Notes: generated by a model not told the origin, from the sequence alone. A stretch of DNA of 64,000 bases from an uncultured Spirochaetia bacterium (GCA_964492025.1 CAZBHR010000005.1:26305-90304); one strand, 5' to 3'. Positions 1 through 9,737 are shown, counted from the stretch's first letter. A program made the numbers and translations.

Positions 1-1
1 A

Positions 2-1429
2 GCAGATCATTTAGGTTGTTATGGGTATCACAGAAATACCTCTCCTAATATTGATAAAATAGCCGAGGAATCTACTAAGTTTACCAACTATTATACGGCA
101 AATGCACCCTGTTTACCTCAGAGAAGCTCATTGGTTACAGGTCAGTTTGGTATTCGCCATGGTTGTGTTGATCATGGAGGGAAATATGCAAGTATTATTC
201 CTAGTACTACACGTGAGTTTAAGCATCCTCTTGAGTATGAAGGGCTTTGGGGGATTTGGAGACATTCTGGATATCGAACGGTAACCATTTCACCATTTAT
301 TACTAGGCATTCATCTTGGCATTGGGGCACGGGATTTGATGAAATTTACTGTACACAAGGAACAGAAGGGGCTTGTCCTCCTGCAGAGAAGGCTATTCCC
401 ATTATGGAGAAATGGTTAAGTGAAAATGGGGAATCCGATAATTGGATGCTCCATATTAACCTATGGGATGCTCACACTCCATATCAGACACCAGAGGATT
501 ACCCCAATTACTTTGAGAGTGATCCTCTCCCTGATTGGATTACTGAAGATCTTATAGAAGAACATAAAAAGCTTGCAGGTCCACATTGTATTCAGGAAAT
601 AAGTATGTATAGTGATGCTGAAGACCCTCGATATCCAAAACAACCAGGTCGTGTAGATACTATGGAGGATATGAAAAAACTATTCGATGGATATGACTTA
701 GGAATTCGATATATGGATGATGTGATAGGACGTATTATTGAGATATTACAAAAACAGGGAGTGTACGACGATACAGCTATTATTATTACAAGTGATCACG
801 GTGAAAATATGGGAGAGCTTGGTATTTATTCTGAACACGCTACGGCAGATCATATTACTTGTAGATTACCACTTATTATAAAACACCCTGATATGCAGAA
901 AAATACTACGGTAGATGGGCTATATTATAATATTGACCTAGTTCCAACTATGGCAGAAATTTTAGATTATGATAGAAAGGGAGATTGGGATGGAAAGAGC
1001 TTTGCTCCTGTATTAAAGAGTGGTATTGATGAAGGTTATGAGGCTCTTGTTCTCTCTCAAATGTCTCATGTATGTCAACGAAGTGTTCGGTTTGATGATT
1101 ATATATATATAAGAACGTATCATGATGGGTACCATTTCTTTCCAAAGCATATGTTATTTAATATTAAGGAAGACCCACATGAGCAGCATAATTTGGCAGA
1201 GACACATAGCGATCTTATCTTAAAAGCAGAAAGCTTATTATTTGCTTGGTATGATGAGATGATGGAGAAAAAAGAAGACAAGGTTGATCCTATGTGGGAA
1301 ATTATACGAGAGGGAGGACCTTTTCACACAAAAGGTAAACTACCTAATTACTGTTCCTATCTTGAAAAGACAGGAAGGGGGCACTATATTGAGAGATATC
1401 AGAAAAAACACCCAAACTGTTTTACATGA
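2..1429 (+). CDS. Sulfatase (Cys-type), 5'-truncated by the window edge
   Basis: The reading frame is open from base 2. The translation contains CLPQRSSLVTG, which fits the sulfatase C-x-P-x-R formylglycine signature. The ATG at 131 is internal, not the true start. Confidence 0.8.
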   Translation, partial: ADHLGCYGYHRNTSPNIDKIAEESTKFTNYYTANAPCLPQRSSLVTGQFGIRHGCVDHGGKYASIIPSTTREFKHPLEYEGLWGIWRHSGYRTVTISPFITRHSSWHWGTGFDEIYCTQGTEGACPPAEKAIPIMEKWLSENGESDNWMLHINLWDAHTPYQTPEDYPNYFESDPLPDWITEDLIEEHKKLAGPHCIQEISMYSDAEDPRYPKQPGRVDTMEDMKKLFDGYDLGIRYMDDVIGRIIEILQKQGVYDDTAIIITSDHGENMGELGIYSEHATADHITCRLPLIIKHPDMQKNTTVDGLYYNIDLVPTMAEILDYDRKGDWDGKSFAPVLKSGIDEGYEALVLSQMSHVCQRSVRFDDYIYIRTYHDGYHFFPKHMLFNIKEDPHEQHNLAETHSDLILKAESLLFAWYDEMMEKKEDKVDPMWEIIREGGPFHTKGKLPNYCSYLEKTGRGHYIERYQKKHPNCFT

Positions 1430-1461
1430 TAGATTATATTATAGCTCAGGAGCGTTCTGGT

Positions 1462-2469
1462 ATGAATATTTATGAAATTGCTAAATTATGTGGAGTTGCC
1501 CCAAGTACGGTTTCAAAGGTAATTAATAATTATCATGGAGTAAGTGAAGCAACTAAAGAGAAAGTATTGGGTGTTATTGAAAAACAAAATTTTACATCTA
1601 ATATAAATGCAAGGCAGTTAAGTAAAAAAACCTCTAGTTTAGTTGGTATTTTGTTACCCACTTCTGAGCAAGTTAATACGGATAGTTATTTCTTTGCCCG
1701 AATTATTTTAGGTTTTCGGAAAAAAGCGGCTTCAATGGGGTATGATGTCGTTTTTGTTAGTCGAAATATCTTTAGTAGAAAAGTGAGTTATCTTGATCAT
1801 TGTAAATATATGAATATAGGGGGAGTTTTAGTCGTTGCCTACAATAAGGATGATGCTAACGTTCTTGAAGTGATTGACAGTGATATTCCTGTTGTTTCCA
1901 CGTACTATAGAGGGAATCAGAAAGTCACTGAAATTTACTCTAATGACTATGCGGGAACACAATCAGCTATTGAGCATTTTATTGAACTTGGTCATAAGAA
2001 TATAGGGTATATTTGTGGTTCCTTTGATACCCTATCTGCAAAAACTCGATTGCAAGCATTTCAAGATACTCTTGAAATGCATAATATCTCATCTTCTGAT
2101 AAATGGATTAAGTACGCAAAGTATTATAACTATGAAGAGGGGTATCGAGTTATGAGTGATTGGATTCAATTGGGGGAACCATTACCTACTGCGATTGGTG
2201 TTGCTAGTGACACCATTGCTTATGGTGCTATCAAGGCTTTGAAGGATCATAATGTGAGAGTTCCCGATGATATATCTATTATTGGTTTTGATGACCATGA
2301 AGCCTCTCGGTTTGTGTCACCAGAACTTACTACAATAAAACAAAACCTTGAGCGGATTGGAAGTATTGCGGCTGACACGTTAATAAGAAAGATTCAAGGA
2401 GAGAATTTCACTGAACCTATTACTGTCCCTGTGAGTATCATTGAGCGGAATTCTTGTAAAAAATTATAA
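1462..2469 (+). CDS. LacI-family transcriptional regulator
   Basis: N-terminal helix-turn-helix MNIYEIAKLCGVAPSTVSKVINN, followed by a periplasmic-binding-protein-like sugar-binding fold. Start moved to the ATG at 1462 inside ORF 1426..2469. Confidence 0.8.
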   Translation: MNIYEIAKLCGVAPSTVSKVINNYHGVSEATKEKVLGVIEKQNFTSNINARQLSKKTSSLVGILLPTSEQVNTDSYFFARIILGFRKKAASMGYDVVFVSRNIFSRKVSYLDHCKYMNIGGVLVVAYNKDDANVLEVIDSDIPVVSTYYRGNQKVTEIYSNDYAGTQSAIEHFIELGHKNIGYICGSFDTLSAKTRLQAFQDTLEMHNISSSDKWIKYAKYYNYEEGYRVMSDWIQLGEPLPTAIGVASDTIAYGAIKALKDHNVRVPDDISIIGFDDHEASRFVSPELTTIKQNLERIGSIAADTLIRKIQGENFTEPITVPVSIIERNSCKKL

Positions 2470-2479
2470 AGAGGTATGT

Positions 2480-3859
2480 ATGGCAAAATCTAACTCTCCC
2501 AATATTGTTCTTATTAATTGTGATGACTTAGGATATGGGGATATTGGTTGCTATGGTTCAAAAAAACATAGTACCCCTGCAATAGATAATTTGGCAGAGC
2601 AGGGTATTCGGTTTACGGATTTTTATGTATCTTCTCCTGTGTGTTCTCCTTCTCGAGGATCACTTATGACTGGTTGTTACCCTTCTCGGATTGGGTTTGA
2701 TAGTTTTAATGGGAATGCTGTGCTTTTCCCTGGAGATGAGGTAGGTTTAAGCCAAAAGGAAAAAACACTCCCATCAATTTTAAAGGATGTTGGATATAAT
2801 ACCATGCATATTGGTAAGTGGCACTGTGGAGACCAACCAGAATTTCTTCCTTGTAGCCACGGTTTTGATCGGTACTATGGTATTCCCTATAGTAATGATA
2901 TGGGACTGTTCGAAAAAAGAAAAACACGACCACCTTTGCCCTTAATGAAAGACTCCGAGGTTATTCAAGAACAGCCAGATCAAAAGTCACTTATTGAAAG
3001 GTATACAGAAAAGAGTATTCAGTTTATTCAGAGTAATAAGAATAATCCATTTTTTCTATACCTTGCACACACTCATGTTCATCTTCCCTTGTATGCTCCA
3101 GATTACTTTGAAAAGAGAGCCAAAACAAGGTATGAAGCTTGCGTTTTGGCTATAGATTGGTCAACTAAGGTGATTATTCATGAGCTAAAGAAGAGAGGCC
3201 TTTACGATAATACTATTATTATATTCACTTCAGATAATGGGTCTCGAAATGACTTTGGAGAGAGCAATGGAGCTCTAAGAGGTAAGAAAGGTGATATATG
3301 GGATGGCGGTATGCGTGTTCCTTGTATTATTCATTGGCCTAATCAAATTACTCCTCATGTTTCCCACGAGTTGGTAACATCTATGGATCTTCTTCCCACA
3401 TTAAAAAGTTTATGTGGGAATACTACGCCTCTATCAAATCATATAGATGGTATTGAGATGGTTGATACGTTCATACATGGGGCACCTTCAAAGCGAACCA
3501 CCTTAGCATATTACTTAAAAGACACTCTCTGTGCAGTTAGATATAAGAACTATAAGCTCCACCTGCTACAAAGGGTTACTACGGAAGATGGAGATCAGTT
3601 TCTTCCCGTAACAGAGCTATATAATTTATCAGATGATATTGGAGAAAATAAAAATATATATGATACACATAATGCTTTAGTGCAAGAGATTAAAAAGGTT
3701 GTTATTCAAATAAAAAACGATTTAGGAGATGCGTATTCTGGAGTATTGGGGGCAGGATGTAGAGAGATAGGTCGGGTCACAGAAGCTCAACCACTTACTA
3801 TATACGATGAGAGTTATCCTTACCTTGATGCATTTTATGATAGGTATGAGTTTGGGTAA
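2480..3859 (+). CDS. Sulfatase (Cys-type)
   Basis: NIVLINCDDLGYGD...CSPSRGSLMTG is the classic sulfatase active-site signature. Probable start is the ATG at 2480, preceded by aaagaggt. Confidence 0.85.
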   Translation: MAKSNSPNIVLINCDDLGYGDIGCYGSKKHSTPAIDNLAEQGIRFTDFYVSSPVCSPSRGSLMTGCYPSRIGFDSFNGNAVLFPGDEVGLSQKEKTLPSILKDVGYNTMHIGKWHCGDQPEFLPCSHGFDRYYGIPYSNDMGLFEKRKTRPPLPLMKDSEVIQEQPDQKSLIERYTEKSIQFIQSNKNNPFFLYLAHTHVHLPLYAPDYFEKRAKTRYEACVLAIDWSTKVIIHELKKRGLYDNTIIIFTSDNGSRNDFGESNGALRGKKGDIWDGGMRVPCIIHWPNQITPHVSHELVTSMDLLPTLKSLCGNTTPLSNHIDGIEMVDTFIHGAPSKRTTLAYYLKDTLCAVRYKNYKLHLLQRVTTEDGDQFLPVTELYNLSDDIGENKNIYDTHNALVQEIKKVVIQIKNDLGDAYSGVLGAGCREIGRVTEAQPLTIYDESYPYLDAFYDRYEFG

Positions 3860-3872
3860 AAGGAGAGTTGTT

Positions 3873-4517
3873 ATGGTTAAAGCTGTTATTTTTGATCTGG
3901 ATGGTGTTATTGTAGATACTGCAAAATATCACTTTCTTGCATGGAGTAAGTTATCAAGTCATTTAGGATTACACTTTGATGAAGATATAAACGAACTTTT
4001 GAAAGGTGTAAGTCGAGGTGATTCTTTCTCGATAATTCTGCGAGAAAACAAAAAAATATTAACGACTGATGAGCAGCAATATTGGTGTACACAAAAAAAC
4101 GAATGGTATAAAGATTACTTAAAGGTGCTGACCCCTTATGATATTTTACCAGGTATTCTTGATGCTTTACAATGGCTGAAAGATAACAATATACGTATTG
4201 CTTTAGGCTCTGCAAGTAAAAACAGTCCTGTTATTTTAGATAAATTAAATATATCTCATTTTTTTGATGTTGTTATAGACGGCAATGCCGTTTCAGCTGC
4301 AAAGCCTAATCCTCAGGTATTTCTTAAAGCCGCAACTTTTTTAGAAGTGTATCCTGAGAATTGTATTGTTATTGAAGATGCAAAGGCTGGTATTGAGGCT
4401 GCGAAAAGAGCTAAAATGCGAGTTATTGGTATTGGCAGTGATAAAATTCTGAATACAGCGGATATTATTTTACCAAAAACTGATAAGATAAAAGAAGCAC
4501 TTTTACAACTTTTGTAA
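3873..4517 (+). CDS. HAD-superfamily hydrolase, beta-phosphoglucomutase-like
   Basis: DLDGVIVDT HAD motif I, a KG motif, and C-terminal EDAKAGIEAAKRA. RBS aaaggagag lies upstream of the ATG at 3873. Confidence 0.7.
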   Translation: MVKAVIFDLDGVIVDTAKYHFLAWSKLSSHLGLHFDEDINELLKGVSRGDSFSIILRENKKILTTDEQQYWCTQKNEWYKDYLKVLTPYDILPGILDALQWLKDNNIRIALGSASKNSPVILDKLNISHFFDVVIDGNAVSAAKPNPQVFLKAATFLEVYPENCIVIEDAKAGIEAAKRAKMRVIGIGSDKILNTADIILPKTDKIKEALLQLL

Positions 4518-4590
4518 TATGTTATTAAAGTCATAATGGTTGTGTAGTGTTCTTCCTTTTTTAGTTTTTACCAAGTATCCTAATCTTTTC

Positions 4591-4619
4591 TTGCGATTTC
4601 TCACCTCCTGTAGTATGAT
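4591..4619 (+). promoter_or_regulatory. Sigma-70-like promoter TTGCGA-17-TATGAT
   Basis: Near-consensus -35/-10 with a 17-nt spacer, about 20 nt upstream of a GAGGAG RBS and the ATG at 4638. Confidence 0.55.
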
Positions 4620-4637
4620 ACAGAGAGAGGAGCTATT

Positions 4638-4838
4638 ATGGATAAAAGAGTACTAGTTGTATTAATTATTGTAATTGTATTTGTATTATCCTTTGGTATT
4701 GTAGGATTGTTATATGGGTATTTCCATCCACTACTAGCAGTTCCTTTTATTATTCCAATTGGACTTATCATAAAAGTTGGAGTTGATAGAACAAAAGAAA
4801 TAGAAGGAGGAGATGAGGATGATCTTAGTAACTACTGA
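4638..4838 (+). CDS. Small single-TM membrane protein with acidic C-terminus
   Basis: 66 aa with a hydrophobic core VLVVLIIVIVFVLSFGIVGLL and C-terminal EGGDEDDLSNY. Good RBS. Overlaps the next gene by about 20 nt. Confidence 0.5.
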   Translation: MDKRVLVVLIIVIVFVLSFGIVGLLYGYFHPLLAVPFIIPIGLIIKVGVDRTKEIEGGDEDDLSNY

Positions 4839-5136
4839 ACAGATTCCAGGAAGAAATATTCAAAAAGCCTTAGGTGTTGCAAAGGGAAGCGTGGTACAAA
4901 CTAAACACGTAGGGAAAGATATTATGAGTAGTTTTAAAACTCTTGTTGGTGGAGAGGTTCGAGGCTACACAGAGATGATGAATGCAGCTCGTGCTATGGC
5001 AACAAAGCGTATGGTTGAAGAGGCAGAGAGTCTAGGTGCCGATGCAGTTGTAAATATTCGATACGCCTCTAGTGCTATTATGCAGGGTGCTGCTGAGGTT
5101 ATTGCGTACGGAACTGCGGTGACCTTAGTAAAATAA
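4813..5136 (+). CDS. YbjQ/UPF0145 (DUF74) family protein
   Basis: Length and sequence (GYTEMMNAARAMA...ADAVVNIRY) are typical of the YbjQ family. The start could be ATG 4813 or 4819; the RBS GGAGGAG favours 4819. Confidence 0.7.
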   Translation: MRMILVTTEQIPGRNIQKALGVAKGSVVQTKHVGKDIMSSFKTLVGGEVRGYTEMMNAARAMATKRMVEEAESLGADAVVNIRYASSAIMQGAAEVIAYGTAVTLVK

Positions 5137-5142
5137 TTCTCT

Positions 5143-5553
5143 ATGATTACCTATAGCTTTAACAAGATTCCTGAAATAGAGTTCCTTGTACAGCTTTACA
5201 ATGATGCAGGGTGGTCTAATTATACGGATGATAAAAACAAGTTAAAAAGAGCGTATTTAAACTCATCATTTTCCATATTTGCATGGGATGGGAACTCACT
5301 GGTTGGTGTTTTACGTGCAATTGGGGATGAGGAGACAATTATGTATGTTCAAGATATTATTGTACTCTCATCTCATCAGCGTCAGGGGATTGGGTATGCC
5401 TTGGTTAGGCACTTTCTACAGAAATATAGTCATGTTCGTCAAAAAGTACTTCTTACAGATACAACACAGGGAACCTCTGGATTTTATAAGTCCTGTGGAT
5501 TTACAGTTGTTTCTGATATAAACTGTACCGCCTTTATACGGGTAGGTGAATAA
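5143..5553 (+). CDS. GNAT-family N-acetyltransferase
   Basis: QRQGIGYALVRHF acetyl-CoA-binding motif in a 136-aa protein. Confidence 0.7.
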   Translation: MITYSFNKIPEIEFLVQLYNDAGWSNYTDDKNKLKRAYLNSSFSIFAWDGNSLVGVLRAIGDEETIMYVQDIIVLSSHQRQGIGYALVRHFLQKYSHVRQKVLLTDTTQGTSGFYKSCGFTVVSDINCTAFIRVGE

Positions 5554-5576
5554 AAGATTAACCAAATTGTAAATTG

Positions 5577-5620
5577 TAAAAAAAAGGGATTGAAGGTTAA
5601 CTTCAATCCCCATTAGTTTT
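5577..5620. terminator. Bidirectional intrinsic terminator
   Basis: Hairpin gggattgaaggttaacttcaatccc flanked by an A8 run upstream and T-rich sequence downstream. It sits between convergent genes. Confidence 0.6.
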
Positions 5621-5634
5621 GAAAAAGTAGCTCT

Positions 5635-6699
5635 CTATTTTTCTACTTCATGTATTCGAGTAACAGCACCCTTAGAGTCAACCTTCCACATACTGCCTTC
5701 AAAGGTTGCATTTAATCCACCTAAGTACAAGTTTTCCCCATCATTATAGAAACTTTTTATCCTTGAAGATTGTAGATATTGTACGTACTGATCTTTTCCT
5801 ATGGATGCAGGATCTTCTACAGTTGCTTTATTATCCTTAATAACCATTTTTCTTACTCCCATACCGGCAGAGAATAGCAATTCATCTTGAAATACAAAAG
5901 GGGTAATGTATGGTGCTAACCAGAGTGGCTCAGGTGCAGAAAGAGTCCATGTATCAGAGCCGTGTGGCTTTATGTAGACCGTGTTATTTCCTTGGAATGC
6001 AATAAGGTATTCATCTGTTGCAAAAAACTGCCTGATCATATTAGGAACTGCTTTTCCCTCTTTGTTGAGTGATGAACCATTAATTTTATAAAATTGACTG
6101 TTTCCGTCTTCTAATATTACAGCATAGTCATCTCTAATATGAGAGATAATCTTATTTCCACCTAGATCTGTAATAGGGCTTCCTAATGATGTTCCTGTTA
6201 GAGGAACTGTTTCTGATGTCCGCTCATCACCAGTACCAATAGAGTAGGTGATGTATGAGGTGGTATCACCTTTCCAGAAGTTATTAATAGAATTTCCAGG
6301 ATACTCTAAGGCACTCCAAGACTTACTGTCTGTATCGTAGGCATAAAGAAGCACTTTCGGATCATCCTTCGCCTCTAAAATAGATCCTACAAAAAAGTTA
6401 TCCGAAAACATACCACCAGTTAATTGACCATCAACATCTGTAGGAAGTGCTACACTTTTCCATGTAAACTTTTCCGCAGATTCGGTAGTTACAAGGTCAG
6501 AATCTGTTAGAGCATAGGGAATGCCGTCGGAGGTTACAAACACCTCAAATACCCCTTTTTGAGATTTTGAAAGATCATCTGGTATGATTTTTTCAGATTG
6601 AGCAGCGGACCAAAATACTCCAGGGCCTTCAAGGTTACACCCTAAAGTGAGGAGTGTTGCAAGCGTTATTATTATACTATATCGAAATTTTTTACTCAT
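5635..6699 (-). CDS. Lipoprotein, function unknown
   Basis: Signal peptide plus lipobox LTLGC with RBS ggagatag. Start moved to the ATG at 6699 inside ORF 5635..6753. Confidence 0.55.
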   Translation of the reverse strand: MSKKFRYSIIITLATLLTLGCNLEGPGVFWSAAQSEKIIPDDLSKSQKGVFEVFVTSDGIPYALTDSDLVTTESAEKFTWKSVALPTDVDGQLTGGMFSDNFFVGSILEAKDDPKVLLYAYDTDSKSWSALEYPGNSINNFWKGDTTSYITYSIGTGDERTSETVPLTGTSLGSPITDLGGNKIISHIRDDYAVILEDGNSQFYKINGSSLNKEGKAVPNMIRQFFATDEYLIAFQGNNTVYIKPHGSDTWTLSAPEPLWLAPYITPFVFQDELLFSAGMGVRKMVIKDNKATVEDPASIGKDQYVQYLQSSRIKSFYNDGENLYLGGLNATFEGSMWKVDSKGAVTRIHEVEK

Positions 6700-6707
6700 A
6701 CTATCTC

Positions 6708-7337
6708 CTATAAGTTGAATCGAACGCTGATACCAAGGTCTAGCCCATTCCAAAAAGCGGTATGTCCATTACTGTTAAAAGCAAATTCTGGCATAAACCA
6801 GTACTCTGTTTTTAGTCCAAGTTCCCAACTGTTTGTGAGGTTCCAGAACATTCCAGCACCTAAGTTTGCTATAGGACCAAAATATATTTGGTCACCCTTA
6901 GACATAATTCCCATACCTAAACCAACAGAAAGGGGAATATCGAAAAAACCACTTTTAGGGTACCATGTATATTTCCCCATAATAGGTACAATGCTGACGA
7001 TTTGTCCATCGGTCGCCTGTGAAAATATATATCCCACTTGGATACCCAACGACTGATTTCTTTGGATAAAATAATCCCAACCTAATGAACCACTTCCACC
7101 TATTTTATTTCTATTATTAGGGGTAGGTGCACCGCTGGGAAATATGGTTCCAAGGTGAAAATGAGGACCCATAACTAAGGCAAAAACTTGATCTCCCTTA
7201 TCGTATGCTGGAATACTTTTTTCTTGTACAACAACAACTCCAGAGCTGTCTCTTGTCGTTTCTCCGCTTTCGGCAAATAATGCTGTTGTCCCAAAAGCTA
7301 AGAAGAACAATACTAAACATATATGTTTTCTTGTCAT
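6708..7337 (-). CDS. Small outer-membrane beta-barrel protein (OmpA-like barrel), function unknown
   Basis: Signal peptide LVLFFLAFGTTALFA followed by alternating amphipathic strands with aromatic residues. Lies 8 nt upstream of the lipoprotein gene. Confidence 0.45.
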   Translation of the reverse strand: MTRKHICLVLFFLAFGTTALFAESGETTRDSSGVVVVQEKSIPAYDKGDQVFALVMGPHFHLGTIFPSGAPTPNNRNKIGGSGSLGWDYFIQRNQSLGIQVGYIFSQATDGQIVSIVPIMGKYTWYPKSGFFDIPLSVGLGMGIMSKGDQIYFGPIANLGAGMFWNLTNSWELGLKTEYWFMPEFAFNSNGHTAFWNGLDLGISVRFNL

Positions 7338-7401
7338 AAAAACTCCTGATAGGAAATATAACGAATATATTTGAAAAATACCACCCTTGTTATTTTGGGT
7401 T

Positions 7402-8745
7402 TTAGAGTTTTAGCAATAAACGGGCTGTTTCAAAATAGATAGCATATCCCGCTACATCAATAACGGTTGCTAAAAGTGGTGTAGACATAACTGTTGGGTC
7501 AAAACCCATTTTATGGATACCCAGTGGTGCAATAATACCAAGTAGGTTTGATACAAATACTACAAGGGTGAGTGATATGGCAATAACTAGAGATTCATAG
7601 GGCGTTATTACCGGCGGAAGAATCATTCCTCTTAGAAAAATTACTAACCCCGTAATTACTCCCATAATTACCCCAACTAAACACTCTCTTCGCATAATCT
7701 TCCAAGCATCACCTATACGTATCTCATTGGTGGCAAGCCCTCGTATCATAAGTGTTGTTGCTTGACTTCCTGTATTTCCTCCAGTTTGAGTAATAACTGG
7801 CATAAATATAAATAAAAAGGCTGCTCCCGCAATAAGGTGTTCATATACGGTGAGTACGTTAGCCGTAATAGTTCCGAGAATGAGAAGAATTAATATCCAA
7901 GGGGTTCTCTTTTTCACAAGACCCAGAATAGAGGTTTTTACATAGAGTTCAGAGCTACCACTCATAGCTCCCATCTTATACATATCCTCGGTGTCCTCTT
8001 CTCGAATAACATCAATAACATCATCGAAGGTAACAATACCAATGAGTACATTATTGTGGTTGATTACAGGAATAGCAGGAAGGTCTGATGTATCCATGAT
8101 TTGAGCAACTTCCTCCTGATCCGTGTCGTCGTATACAAACCGGTACTGCCCATCAACAAGATCTGACACAGAGCTACTATCAGGAGCAGATAAAAGCTCT
8201 TTAATACTAATAACTCCAATAAGCCTTTGAAGCTTATCAATAACGTATAGGTTAAAGAGAAACTCAACTCGAGTACAGTTTCTTCTGATAAACTGAATTG
8301 CCTGTCCCACAGTTATGGTAGATTGAATAGCAAGATAACGAGGAGTCATAAGTCCTGCAGCGTCATCCTCATCATATTTTAAGAGAAATACCATCTCCCT
8401 GCGAGACTCTTCACTTAAGCTCTCCCAAACTTTCTGACGAACTTCCTTGTTTACAGACTGCATAATATCTACAAGGTCATCGGGTTCAACAAGTTTTAAG
8501 AGTTCAATGAGTCCCCGATTAGATAAACAACCAATGAGATGCTCCTGTTGCTCATAGTCAAGCTCAATAAGTATGTGTACCTTTGTATCGGTGGGAACAA
8601 AAAGGAATAGACCTAGAGCCTCATCAGAAGATAGGTCGGGCCAGATATCAAGGAGATCTGAGAAGTGAATTTCTTCAAGAAGAGCCGCAGCCTCTTGGGA
8701 TGATATATCTTTATATGTATTTAGTAATTCTTGAATTTTTGTCAT
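7402..8745 (-). CDS. mgtE: Magnesium transporter MgtE
   Basis: MgtE N-terminal domain, tandem CBS domains, and a C-terminal five-TM domain with the GNTGSQ motif. Confidence 0.9.
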   Translation of the reverse strand: MTKIQELLNTYKDISSQEAAALLEEIHFSDLLDIWPDLSSDEALGLFLFVPTDTKVHILIELDYEQQEHLIGCLSNRGLIELLKLVEPDDLVDIMQSVNKEVRQKVWESLSEESRREMVFLLKYDEDDAAGLMTPRYLAIQSTITVGQAIQFIRRNCTRVEFLFNLYVIDKLQRLIGVISIKELLSAPDSSSVSDLVDGQYRFVYDDTDQEEVAQIMDTSDLPAIPVINHNNVLIGIVTFDDVIDVIREEDTEDMYKMGAMSGSSELYVKTSILGLVKKRTPWILILLILGTITANVLTVYEHLIAGAAFLFIFMPVITQTGGNTGSQATTLMIRGLATNEIRIGDAWKIMRRECLVGVIMGVITGLVIFLRGMILPPVITPYESLVIAISLTLVVFVSNLLGIIAPLGIHKMGFDPTVMSTPLLATVIDVAGYAIYFETARLLLKL

Positions 8746-8750
8746 GCCAC

Positions 8751-9683
8751 TTACTCCTCATCCCATAGTCCAATCCACTGAATCTCACGTTCTAGTGAGT
8801 ATCCCAGTTTAGTCTTGCACTGTCGCTCTAGGTACTGTACCACAGTTGCCACATCTTGGGAACTTGCGTTTCCTCGATTTACTACAATATTGGCATGGTA
8901 GTCCGCAACCGCCGCACCGCCGCAAGAATATCCTTTCACATCAATAGAATCAAGCAGTTTACCAACGGGAGATGTAAGATTTGGCAAGTTCTTGAACACA
9001 GAGCCTCCCGATGGAAAAGAAAAATGCCCCTTCGTAATACGGTCATCTTGAATCTCTAGCATATGAGTAATAATGGGTGCTGGATTATCTGGTATGATAC
9101 GAATTGTTGCATCCAATATGATGTGATCTTTTTTTTCTTGAAAAGGGGAGTGCTTGTAGGAGAACATTTCAGGGGTGATTGAATGTTTCTCAATATCCCC
9201 TCTAAAATTCATAGTGGTAACAGAATCTACTATGTTTCCTATGGACGCTCCATAACAGCTTGCATTCATCCATATTGCACCACCAAGAGTACCTGGTAGC
9301 TTATAAAAACACTCAACACCACGGTATCCATGGTGCCCAACTCCCCATGCAAGGTCAGATATCTGCATACCAGCAGAACAGCAAACTAACCCCTCTGAGA
9401 TATGATACTGTTCAAGCTCAAACTGATCCATAAGAATGGTTATACCAGAAATACCCTTATCTGCAACAAGTACATTGGTGCACCCTCCTAAAATATGAGG
9501 AGTAACTCCTAGGGAGCTTGTTATATGCATAACCTTTGAAAGCTCTGCTCTATTTTTAGGTCGAATCAGGATATCTGCGGATCCACCGGTTCGGAAAGAA
9601 GTTATGCTATTCATAGGGACTTGCTCTTGAAAATCAATAACTCCCTTGAAATATTTTGTCCATTCTCTTACATTGTATGTCAT
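8751..9683 (-). CDS. murB: UDP-N-acetylenolpyruvoylglucosamine reductase
   Basis: FAD-binding FRTGGSADILIRP plus the MurB C-terminal domain. Confidence 0.9.
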   Translation of the reverse strand: MTYNVREWTKYFKGVIDFQEQVPMNSITSFRTGGSADILIRPKNRAELSKVMHITSSLGVTPHILGGCTNVLVADKGISGITILMDQFELEQYHISEGLVCCSAGMQISDLAWGVGHHGYRGVECFYKLPGTLGGAIWMNASCYGASIGNIVDSVTTMNFRGDIEKHSITPEMFSYKHSPFQEKKDHIILDATIRIIPDNPAPIITHMLEIQDDRITKGHFSFPSGGSVFKNLPNLTSPVGKLLDSIDVKGYSCGGAAVADYHANIVVNRGNASSQDVATVVQYLERQCKTKLGYSLEREIQWIGLWDEE

Positions 9684-9737
9684 AGTTTTGAGTGTAACTC
9701 AAAACCGATGTGTTTTGCAACTCATATATAGGGAAGA

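Noticed and set aside
131-133. ATG at 131 as the start of the first sulfatase
   Set aside because: The frame is open back to the window edge, and the catalytic CxPxR motif lies upstream of 131. The gene is 5'-truncated by the window.
8746-8750. M-box riboswitch upstream of mgtE, or a T-box upstream of cysS
   Set aside because: mgtE starts 5 nt after murB, and the cysS leader is only 54 nt. There is no room for either element.
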